Assembly (NCBI GenBank): GCA_024137785.1
Contig: JAHRHZ010000070.1
Span: 13,150,570 to 13,214,569 of the forward strand
Reading direction: 5' to 3'
From: Ginglymostoma cirratum
Lineage: Eukaryota
Length of the DNA stretch: 64,000 nt
Shown here: piece by piece, positions 25,072 to 38,942 of the stretch
Position numbering within the stretch: position 1 is the stretch's first letter
How the letters are laid out: every line of letters starts with the position of its first letter
Made by a program: the position numbers and the translations under genes
The notes under the pieces: generated by a model
Databases searched by the model: none
What the model saw: the letters and a program-made list of their open reading frames with translations, nothing else
Told to the model about the DNA's origin: nothing

Positions 25072-26149
25072 CTAAGAAGAAGATAGGAGACAGAAGAATA
25101 GACTAAAAAGAGAGGCCAAAGAGGGGATGGGATGCTGTGTTCTAAGGTTCAGAAGATGTTCTTAAGATCTGAAATTGTAAAAGAATTAGTCAGATCTGTG
25201 AAGAAAATCTCAGCTCTGCTAAAACTAAACTCACAAAGCAAAAAGGCTGAGCTTTTACAAAAGAGGGATTCTTTGCGCTTAGGAATCTACAGAAATTGGA
25301 GCTTTTTGAAATAAAGTTGTGAAAATATTTCATCTACTCAAGAGATATTTTGCTAACAGTACAGTAGAAGTAACAAATAAGTTATATTCTCTAAATGAAC
25401 AAATGAGGCTAGGGACTCAGAACAGCTTGCACCAGTTTAGTTTGTGAGTTTTAGGAAATTTTTCAATGAAAATAATTGGACCAAAATCATGTTTTGATGA
25501 AAATAAAAATGTTTAAAAAACACAGAGCTGATCATGTAACAGCCAAACAAGTCCAAAAAGTCTGCTCACAAGATTCAACATTGAAGGAAAAAAAAATGCA
25601 AAAGCAATCAAGAGAAAATTTCTATCTGCCATGTTTCGTGCAACAAACACTTTCCCTGTGATAGGTTGCATCTGAGAGCTGTATCTGGATGAATTTCTGA
25701 ATGATTTATGCTGGGATTCACTTTCAATGGCTCCATAGGTACCTTTTACACAAGGTACTAGCAGTCTGTCCCATCATTGGGCATTATGGTTAAGCCTGAT
25801 TCTGTTCTCTACTGATGCGTGCTCTTTCAATTGGGATCACTCTGTGCTGATCACCTAGTTCTCCCCTCATATCTTCCAGAAGTATTCAGAGTAACAGAAG
25901 CACCATTATCACACTTCTCAGGCTAGGTAGCACAGATCAAATGCAAGACTTCCTCAGCCTCCAAGATCTACCAATTGGGACATTTACTGATGGAACCATC
26001 AGACTACTGGAGGGAACGTAGATGAACCACTGAGATGTTGTGTTGTCAGCACTAATACATAATTATAGATGTCAGTTTACTCTCATTACCTCAAACACCA
26101 ATGTATTTGTAATTTGAAGTCTATTTTGATGCAGAAGTTAACTAAGGTC

Positions 26150-26812
26150 AAGACTGAGTCATTGGAAAGGCCTCTTCTCTGGACAAGTCCAAATTGAGAT
26201 TAAGGTCATGGTTTACAAGGCAGCAGTGACTCCCAATATGCTTGGTGAATTGACAACTCTACAGCAGCCACCTTAAAGTCCTGGAGAAATAGTACTAGCC
26301 ATGCCTTTGCAAGATTGTACATATCAGGTAGCAACAAAGATGTTACTAAGGCAATATTCCTGACACTGAAGTGCTAATCACACAAAATCAGCTCCACTGG
26401 GTAGGGCATGCCACTCATATCTTAACACAAATCTCCTCAGGAAACTGCTCCACTTGGAACTTGGACATTGCAGGGGACTCCCAGGATAACAACAGAAACT
26501 GTCTCAGTATGTTCTAAAATCATCCGTGAAAAGATCAAACATCCCCACTGAATCATGGGGGTCAAAACAGAGTAGCTTCATTCATGAAGTCACTGAACAC
26601 ATTGAAAGTCTATGGGAGGAACCTGCAGGCGATAGGTCATGCCATCGGAGAAAGTGCACTAATCTCCCTACATAATCTTACCCACATGACCGCGAAGCAC
26701 CATCTGCCCCACACATGGCAGATCCTATAGATCTTCAACTTATCAACCACCTCAGAACCCATCTGACTAGAGTGGAAGCAAGCCGTCCTCAGTTCTGAGG
26801 GTCTGCCTAAGA
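26150..26812 (+). mobile_element. Degenerate RTE-clade LINE 3' fragment
   Basis: Decayed peptide KVMVYKAAV...TLYSSHLKVLE...CLCKI...QLHWVGH resembles the RTE ORF C-terminus; ends ...gagggtctgcctaagaag. Confidence 0.6.
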
Positions 26813-26989
26813 AGGTGATTTTTATTGACATATTCATTTTAAAAGTGACCACAAATGGCTAATAAGTACCTATTATATCTCATAGTTGTGACTGAATTGA
26901 AAATGACAACGAATGCTTTAAAAACAGTATCTCACAAAGACCTATAGCAATTTGCAGGACAGAAATATGGACCCAAGACTTGTATTTTG

Positions 26990-29105
26990 ACCCTAATTAA
27001 AGGTGACTATAATAGGAAGCTGGATTAAAAAAAATACTAGAGTGAGGATGCGATGGCAGATTTTTAAAGGAGACATCAAATAACTCAGAAAAGACTGACC
27101 CAATGAGCAAGAAAGGCTCTCTAAAAAGGATGCATCGTCTGTAGCTAAATAAGGAAGCTAGGAACAGGATCAAATTGAAAGGATTGCTATATAATTCTAC
27201 AAAGGTTAGAAATAGGTCAGAAAATTGACGGATTTTATGGGATAGCAAAGGATGACAAAAGAAAGGAAGAAGAAAGTAGAATCTCAGGGGAAGCTAATTT
27301 GATAATATAAAACAGATAGCAAGAGTTTGTACAAGTATTTATATAAGACACTAAAGCTATTGATGGTCCTTTAGAGAGTGAGTCTGGGGAACTGGTAATG
27401 AAAAGCAAGGAGGAGATGTTGAAGAGTTATTTTGTACCTGTCTTCACTTTGGCAGGTTTAGAAAATTTCCCAAAGATACTTGAAAGTTACGAACTGAAAG
27501 CGAGAGAAGAATGCAAAACAGTCACCACAAGGAAAAAGGTGTGGGGAAGCTATCAGAGCTCAGTTCTTACAGGTCACCAGGACCAGATGGCATGCATCCT
27601 GGGTTTTTAAAACAATGGCTGCAGACATAGTGGACGTATTAGCTATTAATCTTTCAAAACTCATTAGCTTCTGGAATGGTCAAGGCTGACTGGAAAATAG
27701 CTAATGTAACATCATGAGAAGGAAGTAGGGAGACAGGAAGCAGCAAACTGTAGGCCAGTTAACTTAACGTGAGTCATAGAGAAATTGCTAGATTCTATTA
27801 TGAAGGAGGTTATAGCAGGATACTTAGAAAATCACAATGTAATTAGGTACAGTTGACATGGTTTTGTGAAAACAAAATCATGTGTAATTAATTGATTGCA
27901 GTTCTTTGAAAAAGTAGCAAGCGAGGTGGACAATGAGGAACCTGTAAATGTGCTGTACTTGGATTTCCAAAAGGTACTGCACAAAATAAAGTCTCATGGT
28001 GTAAGGGGTAACATATCAGCATAGGTAAAAGATTGGTTAACTAAAAGAAGCAGAGGCTAAGATGAAATGGGTAATTTTAAGCTTTTAGCAAGCTGTGACT
28101 AGTGGAGTGCCATAAGGATCAGTGCAGGGACCTCCACTATTTACAGTCTAGATCAATGATCTGGAGTGAATGATTTGGAGATGGGGACTGAATGTGTGGC
28201 AGCTAAATGTATTATACCCACGATAGCAAAACAGGTAAGAAAATATGTAGTGAAGAGAAGGTATAGATGCTGGGAAGAGATAGAGACAGGTTAAGTGAGT
28301 AGGCAAAAATTTGGCAGATATGGCATAAAGTAGGAAAATGTGAACTTGTCCAGTTTGGTATAAAAAACAAAGAAAAGAAACATACTAGTTAAATGGAGAG
28401 ATAGTACAGAACTAGGAAGTACAAAGGGACTTGGGTGTTCTGGTACACAAATCACAAAATGTTACTTTGCAGGTACATCAAAATGATTAGGAAGACAAAT
28501 GGAAGGTTGGTATTTCTTGCAAAAAGAGTGTAACAGAACAGTAGGAAAATTTGACAGCAGTGTACAGGACTCTGGAGAATATTAGACTACCATGTACAAT
28601 TTTGGTTTCTTTATTTGAAATGGGATATAATTACAATAGAAACAATACAGAGAAGGTTCACTTTATTCATGCCAGGAAAGAAGGACTCAAGAAGAGAAGT
28701 TGAAGAGGTTGTGCCTTTACCCGTTGATGGTTAGAAGCCATGTTTCAAGTGACCTACTTGAAACAGGGGGCTTGACAGGGTGGATTCTGAGAAACTGTTT
28801 CTCTTTGCAGGAGACCCCCAAACTGGGGTACACAGTTCAATAAAAGGTCTCACGTTTAAGATGGAGATAGGAGAAATTTCTGTTGGATGACCTTTAGTCT
28901 ATCAGATTCTCTTCCGCAGAAAATAGTGGAGGTGGAGAATTGAATTTATTCAAGTTTAAACAGATTTTTGATAGACCAGGGAGTCAAGGGAAATGGAGGA
29001 CTGATAGGAAAGTGGAATGAAGTCCACAACCAATTCAGTCACAATCTTATTGAATGACAGAGCCATCTCATTAGGACCAAACAGTCTTTTCCTGCTCCTT
29101 AACCT
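26990..29105 (+). mobile_element. Degenerate CR1 LINE ORF2 (RT region to 3' end)
   Basis: Remnants of DWKIANVT, RPVNLT, HGFVKTKSC, VLYLDFQK, VTSGVP*GSVQGP and QRRFT motifs, with many stops and frameshifts. Confidence 0.85.
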
Positions 29106-31540
29106 TGTGGTCCAATGAATCATCATGGATTTCAATGCCTCAGTCTTGCCGTTAAAATACATTGTCTAAATAAATGAGCACCTTAGTTGGTCCTTAAGAT
29201 TTTGGATTCCATAGCCCAAACAGTGACTGCTGCCAACACCAGTGAATGAACACTAACCTTCCCTTGGGGTAATATTTACAAAGCTGTCAACATTGTATCT
29301 GGCAATGTCTATGATGAAAGTATTCACCCAATGATGTCGCCCCCTCACAATTTCTGAGTTCACATCAACAATGATTACTAATACATTTGGTTTATTCTCA
29401 TCCAGGGGTACAAGCTCTACAGTGCATCCTATAACCATGTGTTTGTTAGCAGTTGGAGAAGGACACAGAAGGGCAGGGCTCTTGAAACCGCACTAAAAAT
29501 CTAAAACGTACACTTTATTAAGAGGAACAAATCACACAGTAGGGATTATGGTCACTGGCATTTGTGGAAAATTATTACACAAAACAGAACTGCTCAAAAC
29601 AGCAACTTGGCACTATCACATAAAGCAGGACAAATGTTTTCTACATTATCTACGTCACTGAAAGTTGCTCATAGAACTGGTTTTAAAATGAGTAACAGCT
29701 AAAATTTTACTAATTTTCACCAGCTCATTTTAAAAACACAGAAGATTAATAATACATTTTGATTGTATATAATCCCACTCATAACATTAAAAAAATTAGC
29801 ATTTATTAACAATTTTAGTATTGCTTTAGTGTTTAAAGACAACTCTACCCTATTAAAAATATGAATATTTGAAGAAATGTATATTTCATTGTGGAAATCA
29901 GCTTCGGATCCTACACAAAACTGATACGTAGACTTTTGACACTCTGCCTGTTGGATGTGGCCTTGTGTAAAATGGACTTGGGAAGTGCCAATTTCAGTTT
30001 GTGGATGCTACCATGTTGAACAGAATTGCTCCTAAATTAGGACAAGAATGGTTTTAAGCCCAGCAGCCTCATTTGGGTTAGAAAGAAAGTAGTTGAGTGA
30101 GAAAAGGGAGAGATGCCCTGCCGCTCTTTTCTAATTTTCACGCTAAAGCAGTGTCAAATCATAAGGCCATCTCAATAAAGTCATTTCTACATTTCATGAA
30201 AATGAAATCACAATCCAAAACAGACAGCAGGTCGGGGGGGGTAGAAAATGTGATGGTTTTGGATGACTTCCACAGCACGAGCATCAATTAAGAGCAAGTA
30301 AAATTTACATTTATGCCTAACTTTTATGATTTTTAATTACTTAAAATGAGCAACACAAGCAGATGATGAGCAGTGGGATATGATCTATATCCCACTCAGC
30401 TGGTAACCATAATTCATTTGCAATTGTTAGCTGAGAGTTGTCAGGTCATTCTGTTATAGGAAATAAATCGTATTTCACAGCTCAACACATATCTTTGATT
30501 TACGTTACACCTGGCTGTAATATAGCTAAGTATGGAATGCTTAATGGCAACCCAGGGTGCTTGAAGTGGAAAATGTTCCATTGCTAACACTGATATTCCT
30601 CCATCTTAATGAACATTAAAATGCACTTTTTTTTAATCCTAAAGTCGTGAATGCTCATAACTGACTCTTCAATAAAATCCTCAGTCATCTCCTCCAGCCA
30701 CTTACTGATGGGCAATTAAGGGATCCAATTTAATGTTACAGGGAATAGTAAACGCAAATCTTACAGGTCAAAACTTTAATATATTATGTGGGAGACCGCA
30801 CAAGTTACTAGACAATATATTTGCAATTTTCAATTGGTCCAGGTTCAAGGTAGGGTAGCATAGGATCCATTGATGGATATTGCATAAAAATAGATACAAA
30901 GTAGTCTGTTTCCCTCACTGTGTCTTTTCCATCCATAGTGACTGCACAAATGATGGTAAGCTCAAAGGGAGATGGTTAATTGATGTCTTGATGCCACAAC
31001 AGGCTGCCTGAGAGAGAATGGAGTGGCTAATGAGGCATAGCTAAGACTTCTAGAGTCAGGGAGCTTTATTTGTGGAAAAAGGGGGAGAAGTTTAACTCAT
31101 ATTATTAAAAAAAAAATCAATAATATGTTTTTGAGTAGGGGGATTAAGAATTAGGACTGGAGTTTCCTGGGAGTTGATATGTTTTAAACTTAAAATATTG
31201 CAGTTACACCAATAGAACCATATAATAATTGCAACAGAAAGAGGCCATTCAGTTGATCATGTCTGCACCTACAAATGTTGCTCCTAATCCTCAAACGATT
31301 AACCTGGTTGCACTTCAGTTACCACAGGGAGTCAGAGAGGCTTTCTTCACATGTGGGCCTGGGGTTTTATGTTTATTCTATACCTCTGAGGATATTCGAT
31401 GGTCGCTGGGATGGGTGAAAAGGGAGGCATATTCATTCAAGATGTTCATGATGCTGGGGAGACTAGATAGATCTGCTAGTCTTCTCATCAGCCAGTTTTG
31501 CATGTTATTTTATAACGCAGGACCGTGACACCGTAGCAAT

Positions 31541-31752
31541 TGTAATGAGGTCAGCCAAGTAGACCTCATAGAATATGAGCTTCCTGATTGGGGCTGTTAA
31601 TCTGGTCCAATCAGGGAGCTCTGGCTGCCAGATTAAAACAGGAGTGTCAGACATCCTGGCTCTGAGGGAGCTGGCTCATTGTCAAGGACGCTCCACGTGT
31701 AAATAAAAGGGTGACTTGCTGACTGGAGACTGGTCTCTGTGGAGTTATTTCA
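31541..31752 (+). mobile_element. Short solo-LTR-like element
   Basis: TGTAAT...TTTCA termini, inverted CCAAT pair (ctgattgg / ccaatcag), TATA-like attaaaa and AATAAA ~45 nt before the end. No clear TSD. Confidence 0.5.
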
Positions 31753-34207
31753 AGATGTGCTGCTAGGTTGGAGCTAAATGTATTCAGTTCATCTTTTTAA
31801 AGATGCACAATCTGATTGCTATATATACCTGTTGAGGTTAATTGGAAGCCAATTGTGTTTGGTGGAACTAAACTTAAATGATAGCAATCTTCAGCTGCTA
31901 TTGATAGGTTCTCCAGCAGAACAAAATACATATAATATCAGAATAAAATTAAGAAATAAAATATTAAACAATGTACAGAAACAGTCTGCCTATTTGCCAG
32001 TTAGGAAGTTTGCCTTGCTGACTGATCTCAACAGTGGGCAGCTTGCATGCTTAAACTTTAATACATCCACTCAGCAAAACTGCATGAGAAAGAATTAATG
32101 GCATCCCCTGCTGTTGAATAAAATACAGTCTTTCAACATACTGGACTGCTTTACAGCACAGCTGCACAAAATAGGCTGAGGGGCTTACTTTGCAGTCAAT
32201 TATATTATAAAAAAATAATATTTTTCTAAAAGTCCCCAAGAGGGTAGAGTTGCCTTTGAACCAACTTACTAATGAGTCAACATGTTATTTCCCCCCTTCA
32301 CGATTAACTTGCTTTCTGTAAAAACACAATATTTTAAAATCGTTTGGAATTACTGTGATGGTTTGCTTTATAGTTAGATGCTTCACAATGCTGCAAATGA
32401 GGCTCTTGTTACATTAACAGAGCCACTGTCTACAGCCTGCCATTTTCCAATTGATTAAATTGTAATACAATCTCAAATAATATTGCAGGTTATAAAGTTA
32501 TGCATTAATTGTTAAAGTCTTAAAATTATATTGGTATTTATCAATAATATAGAGCACTGTAAATCTCACTGACTCCGATTTTTGACAGCCTGCTTGCCTT
32601 AAATCTTAAAAAGACCATCACAGAATTCCATTCCAAGAGAAGCACTTAGAAGAAAATGTCTGATAACATACAGTTTAAGCACTAACACACCCTGGGGATG
32701 AATAGCTCTGGCTGCCTTTGCAGAGTCAACATATGGCAAGGACAGTGGGGTGCGAACATTAATGGTCTTAATCTTCCTCAGTCACAAAACATAATTCAAT
32801 GAACCCCTACTGCTTTGCCTCTATGTTGCCCAGAAACTGTATGCAAACCTGCCAATGAATAGGTGAAAATAAAGGCCTCTTCTTCTGTCAAAACAATGGA
32901 AATGTAATCAGCACCAGAACACTTGTACCAGTTGTGATTTTTATGGGGCCAATCTAGTAGATGGCTGATAGTACAGCTGCACATTGAGCACAAGCAACTT
33001 ACAATACTGGAATCAAGACCTACTGCACCTTCTGTGGTCAGTAAGTGTTTGTGGTTCTGAAGTCCAACGTATCTAAAACGTAATAAGCTAAGGATGCCTA
33101 AATGTCAAATAATTTGGCCAATTGTCCAAAGCGCGCTCTCGTGCCCTTAGCAGAATTGTAATTCTTATTAAATGGCAGCTTGTTGGTGGGGTCCTTCAGC
33201 TACTTTAGGCCATTTGCTTGAAGAATATCCTAACTGTAACAAATAATTTTAAACAGGTCCAAAGATTGCTCTATTTTGCTGTTCTTTTCACTTTTTGGAC
33301 TGAATTAATCCAACTTCTGTAAAATATACTCCCTCTCCCTAATGGGGTGTTTTCAAGAGAATTGGTCAGACCCTAAATAGAACTTAAGTGTTTAAATGAA
33401 AGAGCATCAGCTCATAACATTAACTCTGTTTCTCTCTACACAAATTCTGCCCAGCCTGCTGAGCACTTCCAGAATTTTCTGTTTTTATTTTGGATTTCAG
33501 TATTTGCTTTTGCCAAAATACATTCCATTGGACATCCTCATTCATCAGCAGATTCTGGAAATTTTGAAGCAGCATACTGGACAGATGTCTTTACACCTTA
33601 GCTGTAGATAGTGGACCTGTTATTACGCTGTTGCCTGGGCGTTACAATCTGGGCAATATACATGGCTTGAATACATAAGATGATCTGCAGGTGGAAATGA
33701 AGAAATCACTCGTGAGGCAGTGAGACACAGAGACATCTCCTTCAACCAGATATTGAAGCTACACTGAGGGTGGGGCAATTCACAATGACTGTCAAGTTAA
33801 CTTCTGCCTTCAGTGTTTACATCCCCGGGTCTTTCCAATCAACAGCAGGTGGTACTTGTTAAATCTCACAACCAGCAGTGTATAAATGCATCCTGCAGGT
33901 AATAGGCACATTGTTTGCTCAGGCCACAGAATTCAGTAATTTCTCCATGGAAACCAGCCAACATGAAACAGCCCTGCACTTTTACCATCTGGCGTGATTC
34001 CCTACAGTGTCAGATTTTATTGGTGGCGTAAGCATGATGGTCCTTTGCTTCTAATGTCATTTAATTTTCAATAGAATAGGGATCTTATTTGTACCCATCT
34101 AGCTGGTTTCTGCATGAGGGACTAGAAGCACTGGTATCTCCCAGTCGTCTTTGTTTTACAGAAATCTACATCAACACGATAACTTGGTGGCGGGGTGGGG
34201 TGGAATG

Positions 34208-34407
34208 GGGATCCAGCTAGCTCAGGTTTGTTCTCTGGTTCGCACGCAGAGTTATGCCAACAATGTGGGTTCAATTCCCGCACTGGCTGAGCTTATCATG
34301 AACGATTTTCCTTCTCACCCTCTCCGGTCTCCTGAGGTACAGTGACCCTCAGGTTAAACCACCACCAATCGTCTCTCTCTCTCTTTCTAATGAGAAAGGA
34401 GCCCTAC
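34208..34407 (+). mobile_element. tRNA-derived SINE fragment
   Basis: tagctcagg (A box) and gggttcaattccc (B box), followed by a non-tRNA body ...ccctcaggttaaaccaccacc. Confidence 0.6.
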
Positions 34408-37119
34408 TTCAAGGACCTGAAACAATAAATGGATAACTACAGGGAGGCCTAGTTAGACTAGCTTTATCAACAATGGCAATGATCCCATTGAGACATCCTT
34501 GGATATGGTGGTGATTTGCTTTCTTGGTGAAACAGATTGTTAGGATGTTGACAATGATCAAGCGAAGGGGTAGTGGTAGGGAATCTTGCACTAAAGGTTG
34601 GAAAGCAGTCATCATTACAACATTCTGCAGTACCTTGCTCTTTACAGAGCAAAACTGCCACAGAATCAATTCAGAAAGGAGTTAGGGATAACAAGTGGCA
34701 GGACCTACAGTCCAATAAGAAACAATCAGCAGCTGTCCAAAGGTTCCAAATGTCTGCATTTCTAGTTAAGTCTCTGTGCCATTCAAGTGCAACTTGCTCA
34801 ATAGATCTTGCAGTACACAGCTTAAAAAAAAACTTCTCATCTCTTTCCTGAACTTTACGTCAAGATCCATGACCTCACTACATTTTTCCACAATTGCCCT
34901 TCATCAACCACAACTCTCTCACAGTGTTAGAAAACAAATTAGTCAACTTGTTATCACCAAGGCAGCATAAGATCCAGGGTTTTGACATTTTTAATGGCAG
35001 GCCTTCCTAGAAATGGGGGCTGAATTCTTGCTTAGGGTACAGGAAATAGGAGTTGGGACAGTTTTCCAGTCTTGAAACTGCTTCTTGTATATGAAGGGTA
35101 TGTAGGGGGATGGGGAATGGGAGGGATTGGGGGAGGGATGGGAGAGTTGAGAAGGGCAAAAAAGATGCCAGTGAGTCATTTTTAGGGTTTTGACCACTGC
35201 ACCCTCTTATTTGGCACAGAGACAAAAATTCTGTTTGAGGTCAGACTATGTTAAAAGGGACAAGGATAAGTCAATGTGTCCCCATATTTTTGCAGGTGAA
35301 TCACGTAGTCACATCACAGAAATTCCCACATCTAGAAGACAGCTTGGCGCACCCAAATAACTTCATGAAATGTACTGGCAAGTCAGCTTCATGACCTCCA
35401 GCTTTCTCTCAGGTCAATTACTTGTACCTCCTCAGCTATTACTTCTACACGTTTCTCCACACGTGTGCCGACTTATTTATGAAGTGGTCCCTTCTACAAC
35501 CTTATAAAATGAACACCCAAAGAGTGGATAGGTCTGTACTGCTTTTATGTGCAGCCTTCCCCTGCAAGTAAACAGAAAAGAGATATGTTGGAAAGAGAAA
35601 TCAAAGAGGTATATGTCACCCAACTGGCCAGCTCAACAATCAGATCTTGTCAGCACTTGAACATCTACTACACACATCTTTGATCTTGGCAGTAGCTTCC
35701 AGGTCTAGTGGGACAGACAGCAGGAAAATTGGTCTTGTAGCAATCTAGAATATCCTTTCAAACTGGGTCATGCCAGTGCATTGGAACGTAGGTGGACAGT
35801 ACTGAGGTAGACTTTATTCTCCATCTCTGATACTTTATCAAGCTTCCAGGAAAGTGCTGTTAGGACATAGTGTGGGGAAAGTTTAGAAAATTCAGCTAAG
35901 TGACAAGATATGTACTCTTAAACACCTTCCTCACCTGAGTCCCAGGATCTGGCCAGAGCTGAGACAGCACTGACACTTTCAGCAAACTTCATCAGGGTTG
36001 GTTCGGGACTGCTTTTGCAAGAAGTCTCTCTGTTCCAAAATCAATCAGCTTTCCCAAACACACCCTCAAGGTTCGATTCCTAATTACTGACTTGCTCCAG
36101 CCACTTTCTGGGTGAGCGACGCTCCTTTAAGAGCTTTTACCCATAGATAACCTATTCTTTGACGCCAATGCACTCCGAACCCATCACGTGCTGTGCGCTG
36201 GGAGTACAGTGAGATGGTGCAAATTTGGCAACCTCATTTTCTGATGCAAGGTCAGATAAAAACACAGTACAAATGTGAACCAACAGTGTACCAATTGTAC
36301 TTAGCATCATAATACTGGGATCCCAGCATCTGATTCACAGTGAAATGGAGCTAATAATGGAAAATACATACCACTGTCACTAGGCGAAGATCTCTACGGT
36401 GAATTTAAAAAAATCTCACAGCCTGATAGCATGTGTTGTGAAAGACAGACTGGTGAGTTACACGTTTCTTCTAGATAAATATTCATGCATTGACAAGGTT
36501 CCATTCTCTGGACTATTTACATTTGGAGGGCTGAATGCTTTTTTTTAAAAACATCTACACAATAGGAATAGATGGGTACACTGCTTCCACTGTGCCATAT
36601 CCTATTCTTTCTATCAGACTAATCCAGGATAATATGGTCAAGACCTTATTCCATAAAAAACAAAATCAAAAAAAGTTAGATTGAAGGCACTAAAATTTGC
36701 AAGTGGCTGCTCATAGTAATCTGTCATAGTGTTTCTGTATGGCATTGTTTAAAAGTTTCACCTAATTGAGAGTCTTAACTGTAAATATTGACAATTGTTG
36801 CATGAAATTGGCTCAATCCAATTCCCAATGGCATTGGTCTGAAACAGAATGCTACCCATTTCTCAGATTAATTTGTTAAGTCACTCTAAAATCTAATTGT
36901 CCCAGGTATTTTTAACACCTCATATTGCGTTGAAATATCTATATTCTTTTATTCTAAGCATTCACTTAGTTAAGGATGTTAGAATTAAGGCCTGCTTTTT
37001 TTCACAAATCTTTCTACTAAAGTGCACTTCCTTTCGCTTTATATTTCATTCATCAATCTTCCCAATCCCTTAACCTATGTTATCCTCTAATCCTACAACA
37101 TCCTGAAGGACAATCACAT

Positions 37120-37235
37120 TGAATTTGAAGTGTTAGCTGTTTCTTTCTCCACAGATGCTGCCAGACCAGCAAATTATTTCCAGCACTTCCTGTTTATCTT
37201 TCAGATTTTCAGCATCTGCAGTATTTTATGTTTAT
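37120..37235 (+). mobile_element. Old Penelope-terminus-derived repeat (similar copies at ~16790-16870 and ~33410-33510)
   Basis: ctccacagatgctgccagacc...tttccagca...tttcagattttcagcatctgcagta resembles the PLE end at 57140-57212. Confidence 0.55.
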
Positions 37236-38747
37236 CAAAACACAATCTGCAATATTCCTTCCGGTTTGCCATGACCACAACTGACGTTATCAGCCGATGT
37301 TAATACCAACCCATTTCTGCCTCTAGCCAAAATCATTTCATTAATTGTTTGAAAAACCGATTAGGGCATTGTAGTATGCATCTATCGCATATCTATGTAG
37401 CCCTACTTTGTGCCCCCACTCCTCCCCCTTTTGCTTCTCTGTCCATGGCTACATTTCTTTTTATACTGAACGGAGTCAGGGCAAACTGTGAAAGGAATTC
37501 CTATTAATGGATGATATGATTTCCATGCCTAGTTTTATGGCACCTAACCAAATGCCTTCTGAAAATCCAATAAATAAATAAATCCAGTACATTATCTACA
37601 TATTCTATGATTTCCTCTAAACGAGCATTTTGAATAAAACTGCCTTTTCTAATATATTTAACCTGTTCCTGATTATTCTAGGAGATTGTAGAGAAATGTA
37701 ATACTATAAACTAAATTTATAATTTCATTGGGATTTTGCAGCTGCAGCCTTATAAAAGAACATTGTAATGACAGAGGCAGTTTGAATGTAATGCACTGTC
37801 CTATTTAATAAATAAGTCTCTTCCCAATGAATTGAGACAGATCTCAGTTTTTATCTTTACAGGCTGTTCCTGCAGATCATCAGTGACACCCTCTTACTTC
37901 AAAATGTGACAAAGAGCTGATCATCTGCTCTCAACAGATAACAATGCCCAGCCACTCCTACATTCGAGATAAATAACAAACATCAGACACATTGGCACAT
38001 GTCGACCCTAAAGTCAACAGTGGTTTGACACACAAACAATGAATGCCCACGCTTTCAGGACTAACACTCATGTTCATTTTGATTAACAAGGACAGCGAAC
38101 TTTTCAAAACTGAGCTCAACTGCATCTTTGTGATTCCTCTAAAGTATGCTTGTTTTAGTATCATAACATTTGACAAAATAACAAAACAAATTTATTAGTT
38201 TGTAGACTTTTTTTTATAAACATGATAATACAGCTTTACAGACCATGAAGTGCTAAGTTGAACTGAACATTAAAAGGCTGATATTAAATACTTGCTATTT
38301 TCATATACATGAAAAGCACACTCAATACTTATAGGTATGGCTGAGACTAAGGAGGTGGATCACTGTGTAATGGATCACCAGTCTTCTCAATAAACAATGA
38401 TTGGATTGACCTGTAATTAACTGACTGTTCCATCAGGCCAGACATCTGTCAACAAGTCTGTAAATTGTGTACGTGACCATACGGAAGCTTACAGCGCAAC
38501 ACTGAGCATATCTTCTGGGATGTGACGTGCCCAGCGAGACATTATCATGTCTGATTCTGGGAAAATCTGTGCTATTAAAGCACAATGGGAAAATCTGAAA
38601 AAGCTTATTAAACGAGATGACAACAACTGTTTACAATTTCTCCAAATCATTTTATAGAGTCGGGGTTTGAAATTTGGAATGCACAGAGGGCCTTTATTTT
38701 ACCATGTGATGCAGGTTTCTATGATCTCAGACCGCAGTGATTAATCA

Positions 38748-38942
<195 letters not shown>

